Virus record (IMG/VR): IMGVR_UViG_3300025141_000020
Span: 62,001 to 126,000 of that record
DNA length: 64,000 nt
Reading direction: 5' to 3' (one strand)
The number at the start of each line of letters is the position of its first letter. The first letter of the stretch is position 1. Shown here piece after piece: positions 1-9,886 of this stretch. Both the position numbers and the translations under genes were made by a program. A model generated the notes under the pieces. It did no database searches and had not been told where the DNA came from. It saw only the letters and a list, made by a program, of their open reading frames with translations.

Positions 1-1107
1 GTTTGTATATGTTTGAAAATTACCCAAAATACTATCTGTTATTCCTGACACCGTAAAACATGGTTTACCAGATATAGCTCCAGGGCCAAAAGTCATACCA
101 CTGTATTGATTTATGTGGGTTGCTGAATCCAGAGGTAAATCTGGGTAGTCATTAAAATAACCTGTAGATGAACCTTGAAAACCACTTGGGTTACCAAATA
201 TATCATAGGTTGGTGGTCCCGTTAGGGGACTTGATTGGTCCATTTGAAATGGTGGAGTTGCTAATGGACCGGCCATAAATGGATAAGTCTCTAATGGTAG
301 TGATAATATTTTTTCAGTACTTAGTGGTCCCCATGGTGAATCTTGTGTAATGGTCACCTTATATTTTGCTGGTGTTGTCGGATAAATCTTTATATCTTGT
401 GTAGTTAAATTTGGAAAATACATGTGTTGCACTGATGTTCCGTCACCCCAGTCGATAGTATATGGTGACTTTTGTAATTGTTCGTAATATCCAAAATCAG
501 TAGTATTACTTACTAACACACCATAACCACTGTTGGATACACCAGAATAAACAAAGTTAGCGAAAACTTCTTGTTGTGATATATTTCCATCCCAAACAGA
601 ATAATGTCCAATATCATTAAAATCTTGACTTAAAAAAATTGGTACTTTACTAACATCTGGACCTAGTTGGTCTAGACATTCACAACCAAAAGTGTTTGGT
701 GTTATGTTAATAGGGTTATTATTACTTTGGCCAACATTTATAACACTCCTTGTTTGATTAAAACTATCACTGTATGTGGTTCCTAATAAGGTAACATGTA
801 GCCCTTTAAAAAGTATGTATAAAAAACTATCTACACTGGTACAGTGGTTAGGGCTATTATTAGGCCCTGTATTCCACAAAATAACACAAGGGTCACTTGG
901 GGAACAATGTTTTAGTTCTTCTGGGAATGTATTAAGTATGTCTCCATTAATTGCAGACATAACATCAACTCCAGTAGTATTGTACATAGTAATGCCAGAA
1001 CAATTTGTACTAGTGTTTATAGGCCAAAAATTTGTACCACCACTACAAGGTATTTCCCAATATATATCTGGGTTTATTCTCTTTATTCTAAATTTTTGTA
1101 CTTCCAT
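1..1107 (-). CDS. Uncharacterised virion-associated protein with PKD-like motif, truncated by window edge (not in ORF track)
   Basis: ATG at 1107, 3 nt after the upstream stop; manual translation is open to base 1 (MEVQKFRIKRINPDIYWEIPC...); contains YTIDWGDGT, a PKD-like motif. Confidence 0.75.
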   Translation of the reverse strand, partial: MEVQKFRIKRINPDIYWEIPCSGGTNFWPINTSTNCSGITMYNTTGVDVMSAINGDILNTFPEELKHCSPSDPCVILWNTGPNNSPNHCTSVDSFLYILFKGLHVTLLGTTYSDSFNQTRSVINVGQSNNNPINITPNTFGCECLDQLGPDVSKVPIFLSQDFNDIGHYSVWDGNISQQEVFANFVYSGVSNSGYGVLVSNTTDFGYYEQLQKSPYTIDWGDGTSVQHMYFPNLTTQDIKIYPTTPAKYKVTITQDSPWGPLSTEKILSLPLETYPFMAGPLATPPFQMDQSSPLTGPPTYDIFGNPSGFQGSSTGYFNDYPDLPLDSATHINQYSGMTFGPGAISGKPCFTVSGITDSILGNFQTYTN

Positions 1108-1110
1108 TAA

Positions 1111-1989
1111 TTATATTATATATTCATACCATGTTATAGGTTGTATAGATGTCATACCTTTTTCACCTAGAAAGACAGGGTTAAAAGGAAATCCTAATAA
1201 GTAAGCGTTATTATCAAACACCCTCACCTTATAACTATATTTTGGTGTTGTTAGTTCATTAACACTTATATTGACCTGGTAATAAAACCAGTTTGATGGT
1301 TCCATAGGTCCTACATTCCCACTTGGGTTTGCATTTACAAATCTATTTGATTTACCTGTTTTTGCATTAAAGAACTTGCATGACATGTAAAATGTTTCTA
1401 TCTCAAAAAGGTCTCTATTTTTTAACCAATGTATATAGTAACTCTCATCTTTTCCTGTGTATGGACCTAATTGTACTTCTGGTAACCAAACATCGTACTG
1501 GGTAGGTAGTGCTTGTGATGCTAGTTGGTAGTAAGCTACTGGGTCTTCGTCTTTGTCTATATTTACGGGATACTTACCACAGTTAGTGGTTGGTAGTATG
1601 ATAGTAAACATTAATTTTTGTTTTTCTCTTTCTGGACTGTCGTAGTAGTCGAACTTCCAAAAACTATTTGTAAAGGATTTTTTATTTCTATATAATTCAG
1701 CGTCAGTAAAGTCAGCATTATTAAAATTAACAGCGTTAGCTCCCCAGTTTTGATTAACTTCATCAAAAAATCTAAACTGATAAAATATATTATAATCCCC
1801 TGTGTCGTTACCATAATAATATCTTGTGGTTTCGTAGTCTTGGATTACATTTACGGCATCCTCCAACTCAACTTGTTCATAATCTGTAATAAGTTGTTCT
1901 CTACCAACTTCATCAAATATTTGACCTAGGGGTACGGTGATATTTTTTTCACCTGGGTTTACTCTTATTTGTATTCTATTCACAGACAT
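1111..1989 (-). CDS. Hypothetical structural protein (baseplate-distal cluster)
   Basis: Long ORF co-directional with neighbours; ATG at 1989 (MSVNRIQIRV) preferred over the track's TTG at 2007. Confidence 0.7.
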   Translation of the reverse strand: MSVNRIQIRVNPGEKNITVPLGQIFDEVGREQLITDYEQVELEDAVNVIQDYETTRYYYGNDTGDYNIFYQFRFFDEVNQNWGANAVNFNNADFTDAELYRNKKSFTNSFWKFDYYDSPEREKQKLMFTIILPTTNCGKYPVNIDKDEDPVAYYQLASQALPTQYDVWLPEVQLGPYTGKDESYYIHWLKNRDLFEIETFYMSCKFFNAKTGKSNRFVNANPSGNVGPMEPSNWFYYQVNISVNELTTPKYSYKVRVFDNNAYLLGFPFNPVFLGEKGMTSIQPITWYEYII

Positions 1990-3751
1990 CTCCAAATTCT
2001 TGTACAAAGTTTAGGGTATCTGCGCTATAACCATGTAATAGTGGTTCTACCATAAATTTAATCCCTAAATAAGGGTAATGTGCATCGTTTAAGTATGGAT
2101 AACTAACACCAATTTTCTTAAAACCACCAATTTCTTCATAAAAACCTATAGGTAGTATTGGTCTCCATCTATGCGTTGCCTCTGATTGTAAATATCTAGA
2201 GTATTGTGGTGAAGTAGTAAAATCGTCATTTGATTGTATGGTGTCCGAAAATTTTCTTATCGGTATTCTATAATGTGGTTGATACTTTTGTTTAGATAGT
2301 ACGGTAGTTGAAGCTCCTACCTCTACCATAGCATCGGTGTTAAACTTTAACGCGTGCCCTATTTCGGAGATAACATATTCTTTTAGTTCGTGTGGGTTAT
2401 ACTCTACAAAAGCTCCTCTAAAGATATCCCCTTTAACTGGTAAATTTATTCCGGATATACCATTTTGTGTTAATCGTGTAGGGTTAATTGCGTTATCTAT
2501 AGATGGGTCTACATGACCCGTATGTCTAAAATTCCAATCCCAACCATACCCAGCTGGAGAAAAATTAGGTGCGGATACAAAGTCCCAAACTAAATTACGA
2601 TTTGTGGTGAATATAGTTAAGTAAAAGTCGCTTACAGGTCTATTTAGATTATCGTAATATACTTCACGGTCTATATCTACATTACAATTCCATAAATATG
2701 ATTTGAAATCTTCTCTAATAACTGTTTTAGTTGTATTATCTGGTGTCTTAGCAGCATGAAAAACCCTCCCTTCTTTTCTATATATACCTTCCTCAAAACC
2801 AGCATTATCTAAAGTATAATCATTACTGTTTGTAATTAATTTATGTTCATGTACATAGTATTGTGACATTGTTTCAGCACTATTTCTTATATTACTTATT
2901 CTTTTAATGGTACCAACGTCATTTTGTCCTATAATATTTACCGGATATCCTACCATGTTTATATTTAAAACATATTTTTTACTATTTGTTAGTGTGCTAC
3001 CTAAAAAATCAACCTTAAATATATTTTCCTGTTTACTAAGTGGTACACCACCATAGGTGTATTCTACATCCAACGAACTAATTATGTTAGCTGCCCCTAT
3101 TGGTGTTGGGGTTGATTGTAATTGTATATATTCACCAGGTTTAATATTATGTGGTACTGGACAGGTTAGTCTAGCTACTAGTTGGCCATCTGGTGTGTTA
3201 CCACTAATAATTTCTGCCTCAAATGGTATCCCGTCAGCTGCTATAAAATTCATACCTGCTGAACCAACATAATCGCTATAATATGTCATTGATTGTCCTG
3301 TATTAGCTGAATATACATAAGATATGTATGTTACCCAATTATCTTGATAGGCGTCCATTGCTGTATATGTATTAGCTATTATAGATAACCCATATCTTTT
3401 TGGTGGTATAAAATCAAATGTCATTGCTGGTGGGGTGCCTATACATGGAGTTGCGGAACATCCAATCCAATCTGGTATAAAATACATATTTTCAAGATAG
3501 TTAACATCAGTTGATTCTCCACTTATAACATTATTGTAAACCACATCTATTTTACCATATAATCTATACGTACTAGAATATTCTCTTTCCGCTTCAAATT
3601 GGTCTACTAGATTTAATGAACGATTTCTATCACCTTGTATTAAAGTTCTTCTATCTGAAGTAATTAGTGGTGTTAAAGATACGTCTTTGTTTTGTGAACC
3701 AGCGTACCGTGAAGCTCCTCTAACTATTCTTATGTTCTTTTCGTTACTCAT
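1976..3751 (-). CDS. Hypothetical structural protein, 591 aa
   Basis: Long ORF; start overlaps upstream stop (TAATG); lies in baseplate operon. Confidence 0.7.
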   Translation of the reverse strand: MSNEKNIRIVRGASRYAGSQNKDVSLTPLITSDRRTLIQGDRNRSLNLVDQFEAEREYSSTYRLYGKIDVVYNNVISGESTDVNYLENMYFIPDWIGCSATPCIGTPPAMTFDFIPPKRYGLSIIANTYTAMDAYQDNWVTYISYVYSANTGQSMTYYSDYVGSAGMNFIAADGIPFEAEIISGNTPDGQLVARLTCPVPHNIKPGEYIQLQSTPTPIGAANIISSLDVEYTYGGVPLSKQENIFKVDFLGSTLTNSKKYVLNINMVGYPVNIIGQNDVGTIKRISNIRNSAETMSQYYVHEHKLITNSNDYTLDNAGFEEGIYRKEGRVFHAAKTPDNTTKTVIREDFKSYLWNCNVDIDREVYYDNLNRPVSDFYLTIFTTNRNLVWDFVSAPNFSPAGYGWDWNFRHTGHVDPSIDNAINPTRLTQNGISGINLPVKGDIFRGAFVEYNPHELKEYVISEIGHALKFNTDAMVEVGASTTVLSKQKYQPHYRIPIRKFSDTIQSNDDFTTSPQYSRYLQSEATHRWRPILPIGFYEEIGGFKKIGVSYPYLNDAHYPYLGIKFMVEPLLHGYSADTLNFVQEFGDVCE

Positions 3752-6700
3752 TACAATACGGTATTTGATAGTTCTTCATCAACATATTTACGTACGAATA
3801 CGTTGAATGCGGTTTGCCCTGGTCTTAGACCAAAGTAATAAAATACTGGTTGTGAAAAATTTATATGTGTTGGTGATGTTGGGGTTAGTATTGGTCTCGC
3901 CATAGATGAAAACATGTCATCTTGGTAGTCTCCCACAATAAGTGGGTCTGTACCCCAAGGAGACATGTAAGGACCAAACGTACCTCCATTACCCCAAGTA
4001 TCATAGTAATACTCACCCAATGTTCCATCCCAATCATTTTTCCAAGTACCAAACATATTACCTGGTGCACCTTCCATATGCCAAGGATAAAATGGCACTT
4101 CTTGTGAGGATGATGCTAAATCTAAGGTTAAACAGTCTATTAAGTCTTGTCCCGACATAATAACTTGTGTGGACGCGGTATACATAATTGGTTCCCACTT
4201 AATATCATACATTGGGTTTGTAACATTAATTGCGTTAGGTACGTAAGGACCACCTGTACCTCCTTGTGCCGGAGTGTTGCCGTTATGTGGTACCGGATAT
4301 TCTAATTGAGCGTTATCTGCAGGTGTTGTTGTTGGTCCTGTTGGGCAATCACATTCTGTACCACTCGTATTACTTTCATATCCATATACGCCTACCATAC
4401 AATTTTGCATTAATGCCTGTGCTACATCACCACCAATTTCTTTTTCAGGTCTTGGGAAAAATGTTCGTAGGACCATGTTGGGATTATCCATTTTAATGTT
4501 ATATGAATCTGAAACTAAATCTGTTATGTCTTGGAATGAGGTGCTACCTAGTTGGTCTGTTACTGAGCATTCTGTGGCAAATCTTTCGTCTAAACATATT
4601 TGTTGTATACATTGATTTCTAGAGCCCATATCTACAATTGTTGTTGGAAATAGAATATGTCTATCCATATCTCCAGTTGAATGGTTGTAGGAACTATTGT
4701 TTCCTGCTTGCCACCAAGGACTATATACACCATCATCATCACCCATAAAAGCACCTGGGGTTGCTAGATTTGTATTCTGTGCTGGGCAAGACCTATAATA
4801 AAATACGTGGTCTATTGGGTGTACATATACCACTTTTCTACAGTAACTGGAATTTTCGTAAGTATCGTGAACATCACCTTTCTTATCAGTAAATCCATTT
4901 ACAGCAAATTGTAGTTTTGCTTTAAACTGGTATTGGTATAAAAACCCGTTAACCCAATTATTTTCCCAGAAATAATTCATAATACCATTACATAATGCTA
5001 CTGCTACTTTCTCTCTACGTATGTATTCCCTTATTACCTTCATGTTGAAGTTTTGTGGTAGACATGCCATGTTAATACATATTATTTTGACATAACATCC
5101 TCCACCAGCATATTCATTCCATCCGTCTACACCAGCAGAAGAACCAGTTCCATCAAAAGTAGAGTCATAACCATAGTTATCCGGACAACATATTTCATCA
5201 TCTTCTTGATAATCTGGACAACAAATATCATCGCCCCAGATAAGAATATTAAATATGCTTGGACAATTTGTACAATCACCTACCGGACAGGGTTGATTAT
5301 TAATCCCTGGTGAAGCTCCACCACAATTAGTATCCAATAATGAACAACACGTACTTAGGGAAAGGTCCATCATATCTGAATTCGCTCCCGCTCTACATTT
5401 ACATCTCTCGCATTCTGGGTATTTCTGTTGGTGTAGAGAATAAAGGACTATCCCAAATCTAAATCCGAAATAACTACATCCGTCAGGTTCTCCTTGACAA
5501 CTACTTTGTAGGAATTGTATCCTTCCACACCCTAAATCTTGTGCAAAATCATATAAGTCTGAGAAGGGGTACCAACTAAAACCCCAAATAGAAAAACCAA
5601 TCGGTATTAGGAAACATATTAGATAACAGAGTACAGTTATAATTAAAAAAACGAAAAAGAATACTATACTTACTATTAGTGCTATAATAGCGGCTAGAGC
5701 TTGTAAAAAGAAAAATAGTCCTTGTAGTATTGTTAATAAAAACATGTACAACATTATTATGAATTTATTTCTCCTTACAGCACTATTTATAGGGAAAAAC
5801 ATTGCGCTTGTTGCACATTGTTGTGCCGCCTCCGGCATTATTTCTTTAACACCAATAAATTGCCTTCTACCAGAATGTTTTACGTGGTCATGAAATTGGG
5901 CTGGAGTATATACCCTATTAAAGGTCATATCATAAAAATAATCTTTAGCGGCCGGCATTAACTCCTGTTGTGCATGTGGTGGATAGTCAGAATATTTTAC
6001 ACTAAAAGCATAGGACCTATAATCGATACCAGGCCAATCACCTGCTAATTCTCTATTATATTCTCTTAGATTGGGTAATAAGTAGGAGGCTCTTCTAGCA
6101 AACCTTGCACTTCCACTTGCTTGTTCTGGTCTAACTCTAAACCTTACTCTAGCTCGAGTTGCAACACCAACTTCTGGGTCATAAGATAATACTAAATCAC
6201 CAAATTCGTCTGTTGTTATATGGTCTAAATTCATTGGTATGTGCTCCAACCAAGCTCCGGTGGAGTCTATAACTCTACCACCATTCGCTAAATAATACCT
6301 TTCTAAAAGTGGTACTGTCCCTCCTGTAGATGCAGACCCATATCCATATGCCCACTCGTCAAAAGTTGTGAATGGGGTATATCGAATGCAATCTATTATT
6401 CCTGGTTGGGTTACCAAACTACACAGTTCTCCCATGTGTTTTTTAGGTCTGCAGTTTTTGTTTACGAAATCTTTATCTGTATCTGTTCCTGTACTGCCCA
6501 TAAAAACAGCTGTCGGGTCTATTCTAATCCCTGAAACCCCCAAATCAAAGTCTACTCTAGTTATCGCGGCTTGGCATTCGTCTTCGTCACCCCAAAAAGG
6601 ATTTACCTCAATCACTTTAGTTTGGTTAACTATCTGAGGTAGAGTGTCTATTTCATTATCACCCCTAAACCTTGGTCCGTCAAAATCTGACTCTGGAGCC

Positions 6701-7269
6701 CCTTTAATTTTAAAGTCTTCTGGTAACATAGAAAAACACCCAATATCACTTAAGTCTACATCCATTACAATTGACTGTGAACCAGTAGGTACACCATAAA
6801 TCATAAAATCTCCAGCTTCATTTGTTTTTGCTGTGAATTTATAATATTTTTTAAATACGTACTCAACCTCTTGTTGGGTAAGTACGTCATTTAGTCTTGG
6901 GAAGGTTCCTACTGGTATGTGACAAACGAAATTTGGGTCTTTACTTAATAGGTTGTACCTTATACCTTCATCATTTTTATCAAATGGTTGTTTGTATGGG
7001 TATATTTGTTTAATTACCTCATTCTCTTCGTCCACACCGTCTAATGGTATGAATATAGAAACTTTTGCGTTAGGGATACCAAAACCACCGTTAACAATGA
7101 CTCTACCACAAACAACACCAAAATCAGCACACATTCTAGTGTATACCTCTCTTTGGGTTAACGATAGACTTAAGATTTCTAATAAATCAAAATCTTGTTT
7201 TAGTTCAAATGTTAAATTTTGGTCTTTACCGACCTCGGTTCTTACCCTAAATGATTTGCTTTCTGACAT
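3751..7269 (-). CDS. Large Cys-rich baseplate-associated protein with N-terminal carboxypeptidase-regulatory-like beta domain and central hydrophobic segment
   Basis: GVVCGRVIVNGGFGIPNAKVSIF and TNEAGDFMIYGVP motifs; ~65-aa hydrophobic stretch; directly follows baseplate wedge gene. Confidence 0.6.
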   Translation of the reverse strand: MSESKSFRVRTEVGKDQNLTFELKQDFDLLEILSLSLTQREVYTRMCADFGVVCGRVIVNGGFGIPNAKVSIFIPLDGVDEENEVIKQIYPYKQPFDKNDEGIRYNLLSKDPNFVCHIPVGTFPRLNDVLTQQEVEYVFKKYYKFTAKTNEAGDFMIYGVPTGSQSIVMDVDLSDIGCFSMLPEDFKIKGAPESDFDGPRFRGDNEIDTLPQIVNQTKVIEVNPFWGDEDECQAAITRVDFDLGVSGIRIDPTAVFMGSTGTDTDKDFVNKNCRPKKHMGELCSLVTQPGIIDCIRYTPFTTFDEWAYGYGSASTGGTVPLLERYYLANGGRVIDSTGAWLEHIPMNLDHITTDEFGDLVLSYDPEVGVATRARVRFRVRPEQASGSARFARRASYLLPNLREYNRELAGDWPGIDYRSYAFSVKYSDYPPHAQQELMPAAKDYFYDMTFNRVYTPAQFHDHVKHSGRRQFIGVKEIMPEAAQQCATSAMFFPINSAVRRNKFIIMLYMFLLTILQGLFFFLQALAAIIALIVSIVFFFVFLIITVLCYLICFLIPIGFSIWGFSWYPFSDLYDFAQDLGCGRIQFLQSSCQGEPDGCSYFGFRFGIVLYSLHQQKYPECERCKCRAGANSDMMDLSLSTCCSLLDTNCGGASPGINNQPCPVGDCTNCPSIFNILIWGDDICCPDYQEDDEICCPDNYGYDSTFDGTGSSAGVDGWNEYAGGGCYVKIICINMACLPQNFNMKVIREYIRREKVAVALCNGIMNYFWENNWVNGFLYQYQFKAKLQFAVNGFTDKKGDVHDTYENSSYCRKVVYVHPIDHVFYYRSCPAQNTNLATPGAFMGDDDGVYSPWWQAGNNSSYNHSTGDMDRHILFPTTIVDMGSRNQCIQQICLDERFATECSVTDQLGSTSFQDITDLVSDSYNIKMDNPNMVLRTFFPRPEKEIGGDVAQALMQNCMVGVYGYESNTSGTECDCPTGPTTTPADNAQLEYPVPHNGNTPAQGGTGGPYVPNAINVTNPMYDIKWEPIMYTASTQVIMSGQDLIDCLTLDLASSSQEVPFYPWHMEGAPGNMFGTWKNDWDGTLGEYYYDTWGNGGTFGPYMSPWGTDPLIVGDYQDDMFSSMARPILTPTSPTHINFSQPVFYYFGLRPGQTAFNVFVRKYVDEELSNTVL

Positions 7270-7284
7270 ACCTTACTTTAATAG

Positions 7285-7291
7285 ATAAATA
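7285..7291 (-). promoter_or_regulatory. TATTTAT putative late-promoter element
   Basis: 15 nt upstream of ATG 7269. Confidence 0.55.
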
Positions 7292-7339
7292 GTTATTCTA
7301 CTAAAACTAATAATAAGTTGTGCTTATTTTTAGTAAAGA

Positions 7340-9181
7340 TTATGAGAAAGTTGGTTTCTCTGGTTTTTTGATTCGGATAGCTATATCTTTATTAGGGATT
7401 CTAATTTGTAGTATCTCATTTGGTTGTGCGTAAATAGTGTCGTCAATTAGTTGTATTTCTCTATTTGTCTGTGGTATATAAGGCTGTGTAGATATGGATT
7501 GTGAATACTCCCCACCAACTTTATTAAATACTTTAATATCAACAATATTTATAACACCTGACTGTTCCATAATTAACGCTCTTAAAGAACCTAAGGATAC
7601 ATCAACACCCATTTCAGACCTATCAACATCAAAATAATCACCAACTTTAGTAATAACATTAGTAACTACTTCTCCTTGATTTGTTGATTGTTCTATTATT
7701 AAATCTATGGTAAATCCTATGTCAATAACTTTTGCTGAGCCCACACTAATGTAATCATTTAACATTCTATAATTAGATAAGTAGGTGGCTATATTATTTA
7801 TAAGTGCTTGTGGTACCATAGATGTTAATGCCCCACTTGGTGTGTATGATAATACGTTTAACATCACTTTGTTTTCTATCTCAGTTACTCCAACCTTTGC
7901 TGCTGCACCAAATACTCCTGGCATTGTCCTTACTTTTGATACATAGTCATTTATGGTTACCGCTCTATTTTGAGCTGAAAAATTATATGTTATGTAATTT
8001 CTTATTTCTTCCATAGACATTTGGTCTGCACCACCAATTGCTGCTGTTATATTGGTTACCGATAAACTTTGGTCTACGGATTGATTTATTGCTTGACTTG
8101 GTCCTGCTACCACAAAATCGTAAGTATTTAGTGTGGTTATTGCTCCTGCACCAACATTCGAAGCTTTTCCACCACCAACTCTATATTGTACAAATATGGT
8201 ACTATTAGCTTTAACCATATCACCTAATGCCATATTATTCAAGAATTTAGACATATCTATCTTAACCCCATTTTTACTAAAACTATCTAACAGATTTTGT
8301 GGTGTTTCATTTCCACCCCCAAAAGTTAAATGAAAGAATCCTTCTGGTGTGTATTCTGTTATAAACCTTTGGGTTGCTTTAAGGTATTTACCCACTTTAA
8401 TTCCAACATCATCTTGTGGTGATGATGGGTCAATAACAAACACTTCTTCTTGTGCTAACGCGTCCACTTCATACCATCTGTTAGCGGTATTATCCATAAA
8501 TTCAATATTGGTTGGTAAGCTCTGGTAGCCTGTTCCGTCTTTTTGTATCACAGCTGTAACACCCACTACATTATTTTCTGGTAAAAATAGTTTATAAAAA
8601 GGTTTAGTTAAGACGTCTGTTATTTCTTTTTTGAATACTTTTGTAACCCCGTTTACCGCTAGTACTTTTTTAGTTATAGTATAATTTCTTATAATCCCTG
8701 TAGGGCCTAAGTTAGGTATTTTAGTTCTATTTACAATACCTTCGTTATTGTATTGTGTTGAGAAGTCACAGTCTTCCATTAGTTCGAATATATTCCCACC
8801 ACCTTTAAATTGAGAGCCTCTTCTTAGTAATCCTAGGTATCTAAAGTCTTCTTTGTCCCCCAAGGCTGGAACTATTATCGAGACTTCACAAACAGTCAAA
8901 GATGGTCTATTGCCTGGTATTTTTAACCCATAAGTCCTTGCTAAATTATATAAAGAACTCCTTTCTTGTGCATATTGCAAGACTGTCTCTTGGAAGGTTC
9001 TGTCTATCTGGAAATTTAGGTTGTCGGCTACTGCAGCATTTAAATCTAAAAATACCGAGTACATGGACGCGTCATTTGCGTTTTTAATTAAATCGGGATA
9101 GTATCTGTTAGTTAATCTAACCAGTTCGTTTCTTATCCCTAAGAAATCTCTTTCCGTGTATGCTATTTTTTTATCACTCAT
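7340..9181 (-). CDS. Baseplate wedge subunit (T4 gp6 / baseplate J-like)
   Basis: N-terminal YTERDFLGIRNEL, QERSSLYNLARTYG, YRVGGGKASNVGAG, GGADQMSMEEIR and QNRAVTINDY motifs; next to gp25-like gene. Confidence 0.85.
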   Translation of the reverse strand: MSDKKIAYTERDFLGIRNELVRLTNRYYPDLIKNANDASMYSVFLDLNAAVADNLNFQIDRTFQETVLQYAQERSSLYNLARTYGLKIPGNRPSLTVCEVSIIVPALGDKEDFRYLGLLRRGSQFKGGGNIFELMEDCDFSTQYNNEGIVNRTKIPNLGPTGIIRNYTITKKVLAVNGVTKVFKKEITDVLTKPFYKLFLPENNVVGVTAVIQKDGTGYQSLPTNIEFMDNTANRWYEVDALAQEEVFVIDPSSPQDDVGIKVGKYLKATQRFITEYTPEGFFHLTFGGGNETPQNLLDSFSKNGVKIDMSKFLNNMALGDMVKANSTIFVQYRVGGGKASNVGAGAITTLNTYDFVVAGPSQAINQSVDQSLSVTNITAAIGGADQMSMEEIRNYITYNFSAQNRAVTINDYVSKVRTMPGVFGAAAKVGVTEIENKVMLNVLSYTPSGALTSMVPQALINNIATYLSNYRMLNDYISVGSAKVIDIGFTIDLIIEQSTNQGEVVTNVITKVGDYFDVDRSEMGVDVSLGSLRALIMEQSGVINIVDIKVFNKVGGEYSQSISTQPYIPQTNREIQLIDDTIYAQPNEILQIRIPNKDIAIRIKKPEKPTFS

Positions 9182-9182
9182 A

Positions 9183-9647
9183 TTACAAATTTATAATTAC
9201 AAAATCTCTAGCTTCAAAAACACCACTACCAATACTGTAATCAATACGTACCCGTAAAGTGTATTCATTGACTCCGTGTTTTTTATCAGAAAAACTAAAT
9301 GTCTTTTGGTCTCTCGTTGGGTCTTCTTCTTGAATATCTTCTTCTCTTAGGTCTTCAGCAGATTTAATCTCTACATCGGTAATATTTAAATTAGGTATGA
9401 ATTGTTTTACCGCATCTCTAATTTCTAAATCTATAGAAGTTCTGGTTCCTGTATCCAAAGGTTCAAATATATGTTTCATTAAATTTGTTCCGAATTCGGG
9501 TAAAAAATATCTAGAACCTTTTACTGATAAAACTAAATGAACTAAATTAGACCTTACTTCATCTTCTGGCAATTCGTTCATATGTAAAAATAGCCCTTCT
9601 TGACTATCTTTAAATGGGAATGATATACCGTATTTTGGATTGGGCAT
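9183..9647 (-). CDS. Baseplate wedge subunit, gp25/GPW-like
   Basis: YGISFPF...VRSNLVHLVLSVKGSRYFLPEFGTNL...FEP...AVKQFIP signature. Confidence 0.85.
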   Translation of the reverse strand: MPNPKYGISFPFKDSQEGLFLHMNELPEDEVRSNLVHLVLSVKGSRYFLPEFGTNLMKHIFEPLDTGTRTSIDLEIRDAVKQFIPNLNITDVEIKSAEDLREEDIQEEDPTRDQKTFSFSDKKHGVNEYTLRVRIDYSIGSGVFEARDFVIINL

Positions 9648-9658
9648 TGTTTTTTATA

Positions 9659-9665
9659 ATAAATA
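9659..9665 (-). promoter_or_regulatory. TATTTAT putative late-promoter element
   Basis: 11 nt upstream of ATG 9647. Confidence 0.55.
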
Positions 9666-9691
9666 CTTCTAATCTAGGTTTGTTTTCTAGT

Positions 9692-9886
9692 TTAGTTATG
9701 TTTAACTTCCTTTCCTTCTTCTTTATGTCCACAATGTGGACATATAATTAAATTAGGTACTATTTGTTCACTTTTTGGTACGTTATTAGAAAACAAATGG
9801 TAGTCAGCAATTGACCACCATTTATTACATTTACCACAATTAAAGTGGTATAAAGTTTCTTTACTATATTTGTGTTTCACTGACAC
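9692..9886 (-). CDS. Small zinc-ribbon protein
   Basis: CGKC...CPHC pair in 64 aa; fills the gap after RNR and overlaps its stop. Confidence 0.6.
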   Translation of the reverse strand: MSVKHKYSKETLYHFNCGKCNKWWSIADYHLFSNNVPKSEQIVPNLIICPHCGHKEEGKEVKHN

